NCBI GenBank assembly: GCA_001821395.1
Contig: MHLM01000012.1
Location: 84,107 to 148,106, forward strand
DNA length: 64,000 nt
From: Candidatus Lloydbacteria bacterium RIFCSPHIGHO2_02_FULL_50_18
GTDB lineage: Bacteria > Patescibacteriota > Minisyncoccia > Phycocordibacterales > UBA6899
Direction: 5' to 3'
The translations under genes and the position numbers were made by a program. This document shows positions 49,391 to 58,461 of this stretch, one piece after another (within the stretch, counting starts at the first letter, position 1; each line of letters starts with the position of its first letter). The notes under the pieces were generated by a model. The model did not search any database. It had not been told where the DNA came from and saw nothing but the letters and a program-made list of their open reading frames with translations.

Positions 49391-52300
49391 ATGAACGAAT
49401 TTCCTGAAGACATTAAGGTGCAAGGGGAGACGGTTGAAGCGCGCGGTCTGCGCTGGAAAACGGAAGAAGACGATCTGCAGCGCTTGCTTCTGGAAAATAA
49501 TGTTTCGACTGAGGCGTCGGATATGTTGATTGACCAGCTTGCCCGGAAACATCGGACGGAGGAAGAGAACAACGACGTCTTTCCGACCATGGATGATTTC
49601 GACCGCTATGAAAGGGCGATGTCTTTTGGCACATCTGAACGGGGAGAGGATGTATCACCCGCACAAAATGAACCACCTGCCGCGATCGAAGCCGTTGCGA
49701 CGATCGTTGAACGTGAAGAAGAGGATAAGCCCGGGCAACTGTCACAAGAGATGAAGGAGGCGCTCGTGAGAGAATTGAATACGACCAAAGACGAGATCGA
49801 TCAGGCGTGGAGTGTCATTCGCGTCTATGGCGGTGAGAAAAAGGACGGCATCATTCCCGAAAAAAGAACGTACACTGAAGAAGAATTCTTGAATGCAAGG
49901 AGAACATACGATCAATTGCGTACGAAGGCGAAAGAGTTGGCGCTTGAAGTAGCCGGAGGAGAGCAGCTCTTTGGTGCGGTCAAGATTCCCGATCTTGTGG
50001 TGATGGATAGTTATAACGAGAAGGTTTCAGCGAGGACGAGGGATGAGCGTAAAGTAAGGGAGCGTGCACTCCCAAAAGAGGAACGAGATGCATATTACGA
50101 TGCGCTTGCTCGTAAGCGAGCGTTTGTGCAGGCGCTTACCGATAACGGCGTGCGAAAGGATATGGCACTTGGTCTCTATGGCGAGTTCGCCGACAAAGCG
50201 ATCGCTCTTGATAAGTTTTCGCAAGTGCTTGAACATGAATTGAAAGAGGGAGATGCGCCGAAGCTCTCGGGGGGACGAGAATACCATCTGCTGAAGTGGC
50301 ATGGCATCAAAGAAGGTTCGTCGTGGGATGAGATCGCGGCACAGGTCCATGCGCTGCTTGATGCATATCATACCGTTCCTCCTCATGTGGAACGCGTGCG
50401 CGAAGAAGTGCCATCATTAGTACCTCTTATGGATGCAAAGGAGGCAGGGGTCGTTCCCACTACTCAGTCACATGCCGATACTGCAGGAATACCGAGCGCA
50501 CCTTTTTCCGAAATGGATGAGCAGTTTCCGTCCGATGCCGGTGCGGTGGACGAGGCCGTTCCACAGGAGGTGATCGATGGGTGGAAAGAACAGGGCATCA
50601 TGATCAAGCCGGGCACGACGGGAGCGGAGTTAGGAACGATATTGCGAAATGTTGGTGGCGCACGCGGGATGGAATCGATTGCAGCGACCCAAGCGCAGGT
50701 TGAGCTTACGGAGATTGCTCCGGTGGAAGAGACCGACTCGGTCGTACTAGCTCCATTGGTGACTACCGATACAGAGACACCGGCAGAAACACCTATTGAA
50801 GAGGAGGCATTACCTCCCCCGATCGAGGCTGTCGTGTCGGCTCCTTCAGGTGTGGAGGATGTTTTGCCACAAGTGGAGATAAGTCCCGAGCAGCAATCAC
50901 TCACACCGCTATCGTGGGAAGAGGTTGATGCGCAGATGGCAGGTTCTGATCTTGAAGTAGTACAACATGCACGAGCTGAATGGGAGCGGCGGACAAATGC
51001 GGCATTAGCATACAGTAAAGAAAAAGGCACGTTTGGTGCTCTGCGGGAAACTCTGCGTACGATCAGGGATGGTTTTGGTAATACGATCCCCGAAAAATGG
51101 TTGAAAGAATTTCATGAAGTCCCCGATGTGGCACGATATTTGCGCGAACATCCGATTGCCGAGGGAGTCAGTGCCGCGCCGGAAGTTGTTACGACGGTAT
51201 TGTCGAATAAGCAGCTCGAGGATATGGCTGAGGCCGGTCAGTGGGATAACAAAAAAGATACGACTGCAGAGACGGAGTTTGAGATGCGTGAAGGCGGGAA
51301 GAAGAATAAAGAGAATATCTTTCTTGAGAAAGCGATCAGTGCGTTCCGTGCTACCCCGAGTATGGATTTTGCGATGGTCAAGGCCGCGATCGATGCCGGC
51401 AATAAGCCGACAAGTGAAGTGATCGGGGATCTTCTTGCGCGAGGACTCGTCACGCTGACTCCCCCGGGGACATATACATGGGTTGAGACTGCCGATGCGC
51501 CTGAAATTTCCGTCATTCCTGAAACGGAAGCTCTGGATATTCCTTTCATTCCAACTATTCCTACGATCCCGCAGCCGGTGGTTCCTGCCGCATCGCTACC
51601 TGTTGTACCAGAATCTATTCCTCAACTGACACCGCTCCATGAAGCTCCCGCTACGCTCTCTTCCTACGATGCAGCTCTTGAAGAGCAGTGGAACGCACGG
51701 GATAAAAAATTTCAAGCGCCTGACTGGGAGCTTGTTCCGATGGAAAAAGCGGAGTCTGAAGCATCTCCTCAATTAACCGCGGAAGAAGAAAAAGAACTGA
51801 ATGAGGTTGGTACATTATGGGCTTCATTTCTTGATCGTGAATACGGGCTTGATATCGAGGGAAAAGAAATTGCGCCGATTACCGAGGAGGCGGTCATTGC
51901 AAACGGGGAAGCGTTGGAGACACTTGCACTTACTTCAGGTTTACCGGAAGAGGCACTTGGACGTGTCCAAGCCGCGGAAGCGGTCGGCGACACCGTTCCC
52001 GGCGATGTCACATATCAGTTCGAAAGAAAATTCGGAGTGAGCGGAGCAATGCTCGAAAGGATAGCGTCATTCAGCGGCCTCTCGGCCGGGCAGCAATTAC
52101 TTGTCCTCAAAAATCTCGAGCAGCTTACACTTACTGATATCACCAAAGAGGCAAAAGCAAAACAGCAGGCGGAATGGGGAAATACGAAGTGGTGGAAAAG
52201 AGGACTGCAGATGATCGCATCTCTCGGCATGAAGCCGGAGTATCGCACCGCAGAGCTCGAAAAAGAACTGCTCGCAAAAACACAAGAGTCAAAAGCACAG

Positions 52301-54622
52301 CCCGAAACCCCTGAAGCGGTCCACCGAAAGGCGAAGACGCTTTCATACATTGAATCGCTCGCGAAGGTCGCACAAGAAGGACCGGAAGTGATCGTCGAGA
52401 ATGGGGAGCCCCGTACCAATTATCTTTCTTCTAAGGACCTCATTCCACAGAAGGAGGGGGGTACAGTGAGCGAAGAACAGAAAATTACGATCGAGAATTT
52501 CAATCGTTCTGCCAGCGCTTATGCAACAATCCCACATGGATGGACATACGGAACGACCGAACTTTCGAAGGAAGATCGTGCGCAATTTGAGCAAACCAAA
52601 CTTGCTTATGATGTTGCACGTGCGTCCCTGCTTTATTCGTACAAAGACCGCTTCAAAGAAGAGGGAGAAGCTCCCGCTCGTGCGGAGATGCATGCGCTTC
52701 GCGAGATGAACAAGCTTGATGAGCGGGTCACGCTCGATCAGTTGTTCAATAGTAATCCTGATGCTGAAGCGGCTTTGCAGAATATTGCGGACACCTCCGC
52801 GATGACCCGTGCGGCGAAAGAGTTCTGGAAATCGAAGGGCATGTTCATTCTCTATGGTGGTCTTACGCGTGCGGCAGCGGTCTCCGCAGCGGGAGTACTT
52901 GCGGTGCCGACCATGGGCGCATCGATCTATGCCGCTCTCGCCGTGGGCGGGGTGGGCTACGGGGCAGCACTCGGAGCGGGCTATGGCGTAGGACACGGCA
53001 TCGGTCAAAAAGAGGGAAAGAAACTGATGAAAGAAAAGCGTGAAGACGGACGCATGGGTGAGGACGATAAACGAGAGGAGTTTGAATACTCGAGCCCTAT
53101 GCATGATGAAAAGGGGGCGGTCGTGAAGGATCAATTTGGTGAAGCGGTGGTGGAAACAAAGAAGCGCAAGATCAAAGCATTCACCGATGCGACCTTTTTC
53201 ACTGACCGTATCGATACGCTTACCGCAAAGCTTGAGCAATCCCCGACGCCTGAATCTCGCATGTTGATCGAAAAAAAGATCGCGGAGACGGTCGCGCTCA
53301 TGTCTGCAAAACTTTCACGTGGCATGATCAACTTTGCCGGATCCTCGCTTCCCGGAAATGACGTGCGTAAGGGGGAGACGATAGGGAATCGATTGTCATT
53401 TATGCAAGCCATGACGAAGGGTGCGATCGAGACGAGTGTTGATGGTGCAAAACTGGAACAAGAGGCGGAGCGACTGGTCGGTCTTCGCGAGGCTATCATC
53501 ACGGAGGCACAGAAGAATGAGATCAAGCATATCGCCGCAAAAGCAGCAAAAACACGAGCTGCGTTTGCTCTTGCCGGTGCGGGGCTGTCACGTGTTATGA
53601 GTTTTGGTGTTGGGGTCTACCGAGACGGAATGCCAGATATTGCAAAGAATATCGCACGACTTGATCATACTATTGCACAACGTATCTCAAGTGGAGCACC
53701 GGAAAGCATCGAGGAGATCACCGAGATTCCTGCGCCGGAGGAAATAGCTTCAGTACCCAAGTTGGAAATGAGCGCTCATGGCGCGCCGGAACTTGATTTT
53801 CGTGATCCGGCAAGCTACGCCGTTTATATGAAAGAAATGAACAGCGTTTTCGAGCGACAGGTCTCAGCATCTGAGGTGCGGGCATTATGGCAAACAGACG
53901 TACCATCTTCCTCTATGTCGTCTGAATACTATGAGAGTATCCAAGGGAAGACACACAACGCCATTGTCGGGGCAATGTTGGACAAAAATACTCCGCTCAC
54001 CGAGGAAGAGCTCGCTGATATTTATCGGCATTTCGGATACAACGAAACAATGGGGAGACAATTTCCGAATGAAATGGGGCTGGACAAGAATGAAACGATC
54101 ATTGGAGCAGTGAAGCCGTCGCTTCCACTACCGCCACTCCCGTCGGAAATGCCACCGTCACTTCCTCTTCCACCAAATACCTCAACACCCGGAACCGAAA
54201 CATGGGCGAAATTACGGAGGCCGATGCCGGAGGATGCCGTGCTTTCGGACCAGCGAACATTCGGCAGTCAGCCGGAGAATATCTCTCCGCGCATGCCCTT
54301 GAATGAAGTGGCACCACACGTTCCGACCGATGCAGAGATGGCGCTGTCAGTTGCACGAATTGAGACAAGCATTCACCGTTACCTTACGAGTAACGAGGTT
54401 GTTACTTTTAAAAGTCTGAAAACGCTCGAGTTGAGCACGTCAGACCACGAGACGCGCGATATGGTGATCGATGCAGAAAACTTTCTCGTTGAAGAGATGA
54501 CAAAAGGGCCGCTTTCACCTTCGCAAATGTATCATCTCCTCGAACAATATTCGCTCCAAGAAACGATAACCGTCGTTCGGGATGCGGACCTTGAACGAGA
54601 GTTGTTCCAACGAAGACCATAG
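49391..54622 (+). CDS. giant hypothetical protein (1743 aa) with Pro-rich linkers and Gly-zipper TM segments
   Basis: Single uninterrupted ORF. Predicted TM or amphipathic segments lie near residues 1150-1200 (AAVSAAGVLAVPTMGASIYAALAVGGVGYGAALGAGYGVG) and near 1390. All internal opposite-strand ORFs are shadows. Confidence 0.6.
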   Translation: MNEFPEDIKVQGETVEARGLRWKTEEDDLQRLLLENNVSTEASDMLIDQLARKHRTEEENNDVFPTMDDFDRYERAMSFGTSERGEDVSPAQNEPPAAIEAVATIVEREEEDKPGQLSQEMKEALVRELNTTKDEIDQAWSVIRVYGGEKKDGIIPEKRTYTEEEFLNARRTYDQLRTKAKELALEVAGGEQLFGAVKIPDLVVMDSYNEKVSARTRDERKVRERALPKEERDAYYDALARKRAFVQALTDNGVRKDMALGLYGEFADKAIALDKFSQVLEHELKEGDAPKLSGGREYHLLKWHGIKEGSSWDEIAAQVHALLDAYHTVPPHVERVREEVPSLVPLMDAKEAGVVPTTQSHADTAGIPSAPFSEMDEQFPSDAGAVDEAVPQEVIDGWKEQGIMIKPGTTGAELGTILRNVGGARGMESIAATQAQVELTEIAPVEETDSVVLAPLVTTDTETPAETPIEEEALPPPIEAVVSAPSGVEDVLPQVEISPEQQSLTPLSWEEVDAQMAGSDLEVVQHARAEWERRTNAALAYSKEKGTFGALRETLRTIRDGFGNTIPEKWLKEFHEVPDVARYLREHPIAEGVSAAPEVVTTVLSNKQLEDMAEAGQWDNKKDTTAETEFEMREGGKKNKENIFLEKAISAFRATPSMDFAMVKAAIDAGNKPTSEVIGDLLARGLVTLTPPGTYTWVETADAPEISVIPETEALDIPFIPTIPTIPQPVVPAASLPVVPESIPQLTPLHEAPATLSSYDAALEEQWNARDKKFQAPDWELVPMEKAESEASPQLTAEEEKELNEVGTLWASFLDREYGLDIEGKEIAPITEEAVIANGEALETLALTSGLPEEALGRVQAAEAVGDTVPGDVTYQFERKFGVSGAMLERIASFSGLSAGQQLLVLKNLEQLTLTDITKEAKAKQQAEWGNTKWWKRGLQMIASLGMKPEYRTAELEKELLAKTQESKAQPETPEAVHRKAKTLSYIESLAKVAQEGPEVIVENGEPRTNYLSSKDLIPQKEGGTVSEEQKITIENFNRSASAYATIPHGWTYGTTELSKEDRAQFEQTKLAYDVARASLLYSYKDRFKEEGEAPARAEMHALREMNKLDERVTLDQLFNSNPDAEAALQNIADTSAMTRAAKEFWKSKGMFILYGGLTRAAAVSAAGVLAVPTMGASIYAALAVGGVGYGAALGAGYGVGHGIGQKEGKKLMKEKREDGRMGEDDKREEFEYSSPMHDEKGAVVKDQFGEAVVETKKRKIKAFTDATFFTDRIDTLTAKLEQSPTPESRMLIEKKIAETVALMSAKLSRGMINFAGSSLPGNDVRKGETIGNRLSFMQAMTKGAIETSVDGAKLEQEAERLVGLREAIITEAQKNEIKHIAAKAAKTRAAFALAGAGLSRVMSFGVGVYRDGMPDIAKNIARLDHTIAQRISSGAPESIEEITEIPAPEEIASVPKLEMSAHGAPELDFRDPASYAVYMKEMNSVFERQVSASEVRALWQTDVPSSSMSSEYYESIQGKTHNAIVGAMLDKNTPLTEEELADIYRHFGYNETMGRQFPNEMGLDKNETIIGAVKPSLPLPPLPSEMPPSLPLPPNTSTPGTETWAKLRRPMPEDAVLSDQRTFGSQPENISPRMPLNEVAPHVPTDAEMALSVARIETSIHRYLTSNEVVTFKSLKTLELSTSDHETRDMVIDAENFLVEEMTKGPLSPSQMYHLLEQYSLQETITVVRDADLERELFQRRP

Positions 54623-54772
54623 GAACAGAGCGTGAGACTGATTCCTCCGCGCTTTTACAAGACCAACACCCCCCCCCTAATGTGTGGGGGTGTTGTGCTA
54701 TTCATCCATGAAGTTGCGTGCTTTCTCGTATCTGCTACGATGGAGCACAATTAGGAATAATCTAAACTTCGT

Positions 54773-55381
54773 ATGGAGAAAAAGCATCCCAAATTCGAGC
54801 GCACATTCGTCATCCTTAAGCCGGATGCAATACAGCGCACGCTTATCGGAGAAGTCATTAAGCGTTTTGAGCGTACGGGGTTGAAGACGGTCGGTATGAA
54901 AATGATCGTCGCAACACGTGAACAGACCGCAGCGCATTATGGAAAGGATGATGCGTGGTGCGAAAAAGTAGGTGGACGCATCATCGGGGATATAGAGCGA
55001 GAGGGAGGTAAGGCTGAGAAGTCGGCTTTGGAGTATGGCCGTGACATATTGAACGGTCTGTTGGATTTCCTGACTTCTTCACCGATCGTGATCATGGCTC
55101 TTGAAGGCAATCAGGCGGTCGGCGTCGTCAAAAAGATCGTTGGTGGGACGGAACCCCTTTCCTCGGATGTCGGTACTATCCGCGGTGATTTCACGAGTGA
55201 TTCATACGAGATCGCTGGTGTGGACGGACGAGCGGTGCGAAACATCGTGCATTGTTCCGATCAGGTGTCCGAAGCGGAACGTGAGCTCAAGGTCTGGTTC
55301 AAAGAAGGCGAATTGATCAAGTACACACATGTCGGGGAGCGAATGCTGTACGATGTGAACATGGACGGCATCCTCGAGTAA
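54773..55381 (+). CDS. ndk: nucleoside diphosphate kinase (with internal insertion)
   Basis: FVILKPDAIQRTLIGEVIKRFERTGLK and the active-site NIVHCSD (NxxHxSD). Confidence 0.9.
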   Translation: MEKKHPKFERTFVILKPDAIQRTLIGEVIKRFERTGLKTVGMKMIVATREQTAAHYGKDDAWCEKVGGRIIGDIEREGGKAEKSALEYGRDILNGLLDFLTSSPIVIMALEGNQAVGVVKKIVGGTEPLSSDVGTIRGDFTSDSYEIAGVDGRAVRNIVHCSDQVSEAERELKVWFKEGELIKYTHVGERMLYDVNMDGILE

Positions 55382-55514
55382 TCGCAAATTTGGGCACATG
55401 ACCGCGTTGTGTTCGGCGTGAACTCCCGCGATGTATATGAATACACCTTGGGAGTATCACTTCTCCACGCCTTGTCCTGTATCCCCAATATGCAATTGCT
55501 CACATGAGACTTGG

Positions 55515-55543
55515 GGAAAACCTTGTAAAAACAAGGTTTTTTC
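55515..55543 (+). terminator. rho-independent terminator after ndk
   Basis: accttg-taaaaa-caaggt plus TTTTTT. Confidence 0.5.
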
Positions 55544-55621
55544 TGTGGATAAACACGGGAAAAGGCTGTGGAGAAGTCTGAGCGAGATAGGTGTATAAGC
55601 TGTGGATTGCCTGTGGGTAAA
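55544..55621 (+). promoter_or_regulatory. cluster of four same-orientation DnaA-box-like 9-mers
   Basis: TGTGGATAA (perfect), TGTGGAGAA, TGTGGATTG and TGTGGGTAA within 78 bp. Confidence 0.35.
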
Positions 55622-55888
55622 AGGTGTATAATAAAAAGGTATTCGGAAAAACCCTAGTTCTGGAACAGGGCTGACCGAATCACCATGACCCCAGGGTCAC
55701 TGGTTGAGGTTGCCCACTTGTATACACATTAGGTTCCCTCCGGATACAGTTTCTTTTTAAGACATCTCGCGCCGTTATGTACGGGCGAGATGTTTTTCTT
55801 ATAAAAGAATTCATAGCGGATCTTATCTGCGCATGACGGCACTACTTCGTTCCGTAAATATTTGTTACGATTGACGCACAACTTCCGT

Positions 55889-56296
55889 ATGGCAAAAAAA
55901 TTTCCAACCTGGGTACTCGCGTTGCTCGTCATCCTCATTGGATCGGTCAATGGGTTAGCAGAGTATAAACATCTCTATTTTTATATTTGGTGGCTTGATA
56001 TTCCAATGCATCTCTTCGGTGGGTTATGGGTAGGCCTCTCCATCCTGACCTATGTTTTTTCCTATCGACAGGAGTGGGTAAAGAGCGATACGCTACGCAC
56101 GGCATTTCTGCTCGCGGTATCGGGTACTTTTTTTGTCGGTATCGGGTGGGAGCTCTTTGAATTTTACGTCGACCGCGTGGACGGCCTTATTCGTTTTGAT
56201 TTAATTGATACAATTTCTGACGTCTGCAACGGGATGATCGGTGCCGGTGTGGGGACAGCGTTATTCTTTTGGAGAGGGTATAATAGGATGACATGA
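55889..56296 (+). CDS. hypothetical membrane protein (4 TM)
   Basis: Hydrophobic ORF. ATG at 55889. Confidence 0.45.
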   Translation: MAKKFPTWVLALLVILIGSVNGLAEYKHLYFYIWWLDIPMHLFGGLWVGLSILTYVFSYRQEWVKSDTLRTAFLLAVSGTFFVGIGWELFEFYVDRVDGLIRFDLIDTISDVCNGMIGAGVGTALFFWRGYNRMT

Positions 56297-56410
56297 TTCA
56301 TTGGGGATGCGAACTGCGGTGCTCAGATGCTGTGCTGATATTATCTGCCGCCGACCGCTACTCCTGTATCGGCTTGTGCCCCAAATTTATACACGATAAT
56401 CGCTAAGGAA

Positions 56411-57778
56411 ATGTCACAACAAGCAAAAGTCGGTTTTTTCGGCGGAGTCGATTCAGTTACCGGTTCGAACTTTCTGTTTGAGGCGGACGGAAAGCGCATC
56501 CTTATCGATTGCGGTCTGTATCAAGGAGAAAAATACGCCGATGATCGGAATCGTGAGGAATTTGGGTTTGACCCAAAGTCGATCGATATTTTGCTCGTGA
56601 CACACGCACATATTGATCATATCGGACGGATCCCAAAACTCGTGCGCGAAGGTTTCAGCGGGAAAATATATTCAACGCCGCCAACTGAAGAGCTTACGGA
56701 AATAATGCTACTCGACACGACGCGCATACTCGCACATGAAGCGATCGTTGACGGCAGAGAGCCGATCTATACTGAGCGCGACGTGCGCGACACCATGAAA
56801 CTTTGGACATCACACGAGTACTATGCGTCATTTGCCATCACCCCGGCGCTCTCGTGCGAATTCAAGGATGCCGGACATATCCTCGGATCGGCGATGATGT
56901 TCCTCACATGGAACGGAACGACCATGGTATTCACTGGTGACCTCGGTAATTCTCCGACACCGCTCCTTCGTGACACAGACTCGATCAAGGGTGCAACCTA
57001 TCTGCTCATGGAGTCGGTCTATGGTGACCGCAACCACGAGGGACGTGAAGAGCGTAAAGAATTACTCCGTGGGATCATCACCGACTCTATCGCACACGGT
57101 GGAGTGCTCATGATTCCCGCATTCTCGATCGAACGTACACAAGAACTCTTGTTCGAGCTGAATGATCTTGTTGAGCATCATAATCTTCCCGACGTGAAGA
57201 TCTATCTCGATTCACCGCTCGCGATAAAAGCGACCGAAGTCTATCGGAAGAGCGATAAATATTTCAATCAAAATGCGCAGCACATCATCAAGACCGGCGA
57301 TGATGTATTTAAGTTCCCACGGCTCTATTTTACGGAAACAAAGCAGGAATCAATGGAGATATGGGAAACGAAGGGTCCGAAGGTCATCATGGCGGGTTCC
57401 GGAATGGCTAACGGCGGACGCATCGTGCATCACCTGAAGCATTATTTGCATGACTCGAAGAATGTCGTCTTGCTTGTTGGATATCAGGCAGCTGGAACTC
57501 CCGGTCGGAAGCTTGCCGAGGGTGCGAAAGTTGTCCGATTGAACGGTGATGACGTTGCCGTCAAAGCGAAGGTTCTCCAATTGCACGGCTATTCAGGGCA
57601 CAAAGACATGGATCACCTCATGGAGTTTGTTGAGGGTGGGAAAGATACCCTCAAAAAGATTTTTGTTACTATCGGTGAGCCGAAATCCTCGATGTTCCTG
57701 GCGCAGCGTATCCGTGACTATCTCGGTCTCGATGCCATCGTCCCAAGTCCGAAGGATGAGCACACCTTGGAATTTTAA
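56411..57778 (+). CDS. metallo-beta-lactamase / beta-CASP family RNA-metabolising hydrolase (RNase J-like)
   Basis: THAHIDH motif 2, and the Asp/His motifs of the MBL fold. beta-CASP-like C-terminal region (HLSGHADMDHL-like YSGHKDMDHL). Confidence 0.8.
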   Translation: MSQQAKVGFFGGVDSVTGSNFLFEADGKRILIDCGLYQGEKYADDRNREEFGFDPKSIDILLVTHAHIDHIGRIPKLVREGFSGKIYSTPPTEELTEIMLLDTTRILAHEAIVDGREPIYTERDVRDTMKLWTSHEYYASFAITPALSCEFKDAGHILGSAMMFLTWNGTTMVFTGDLGNSPTPLLRDTDSIKGATYLLMESVYGDRNHEGREERKELLRGIITDSIAHGGVLMIPAFSIERTQELLFELNDLVEHHNLPDVKIYLDSPLAIKATEVYRKSDKYFNQNAQHIIKTGDDVFKFPRLYFTETKQESMEIWETKGPKVIMAGSGMANGGRIVHHLKHYLHDSKNVVLLVGYQAAGTPGRKLAEGAKVVRLNGDDVAVKAKVLQLHGYSGHKDMDHLMEFVEGGKDTLKKIFVTIGEPKSSMFLAQRIRDYLGLDAIVPSPKDEHTLEF

Positions 57779-57780
57779 TT

Positions 57781-58461
57781 ATGGATTCGGGCGAGATAAA
57801 CATAGCGATCAGTACTTCGTGGGAAATATTTCTTCACGATGAGTTGGCGAAGCCATACTTTGTGAAATTACGCGAGAGTATGAGCGACGCATATCGTTCT
57901 GGTCCGGTATTTCCGTCGGCGCAAAACATATTTCGCGCTTTTGAATTATGCGCACCTGATGACGTGAAGGTGGTTATTTTAGGGCAGGATCCGTACCATA
58001 CGCCCGGCGTTGCCGATGGACTCGCATTCTCGAGTTTTCCTCAAAATCCGATACCTCCATCACTAAAAAATATTTACAAAGAGATAGAAAACGAGTTTGG
58101 GTATACCTGCGAACCAACTCCCGATCTCTCCCGCTTCGCATCGCAGGGAGTCCTTCTTTTGAATGCATCTCTGACTGTTCAGTCTGGACTTGCGAATTCA
58201 CACGCATTATTCGGATGGCACACATTCACCAATGCGGTCATCAGCATTATCTCCCGTGAATGTGAACACGTGGTTTTTGTTCTCTGGGGAAATTATGCTC
58301 GCGAAAAGCGCACACTAATCGACGGAACAAAACACCTCATTCTCGAATCTCCACATCCGTCACCTCTCTCTGCTCACAGAGGATTCTTTGGAAACGGCCA
58401 TTTCAAAAAGGCGAATGAGTATCTGAAGAGGCATGGAAAAAGGGAGATCGTCTGGTGCTAG
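57781..58461 (+). CDS. ung: uracil-DNA glycosylase family 1
   Basis: GQDPYHTPG, VLLLNASLTV, HPSPLSAHRGFFG. Confidence 0.9.
   Translation: MDSGEINIAISTSWEIFLHDELAKPYFVKLRESMSDAYRSGPVFPSAQNIFRAFELCAPDDVKVVILGQDPYHTPGVADGLAFSSFPQNPIPPSLKNIYKEIENEFGYTCEPTPDLSRFASQGVLLLNASLTVQSGLANSHALFGWHTFTNAVISIISRECEHVVFVLWGNYAREKRTLIDGTKHLILESPHPSPLSAHRGFFGNGHFKKANEYLKRHGKREIVWC

Noticed and set aside
52343-53239. 298-aa minus-strand ORF inside the giant gene, and other internal ORFs at 50464..51030 and 52015..52419
   Set aside because: The plus-strand 1743-aa frame is uninterrupted and has its own consensus promoter. The internal minus ORFs are shadows.
55544-55621. DnaA-box cluster as chromosomal origin oriC
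   Set aside because: There is no dnaA or dnaN nearby and no long AT-rich unwinding element. Flanking gene orientation is convergent, not divergent. It is kept only as a candidate DnaA-binding regulatory site.
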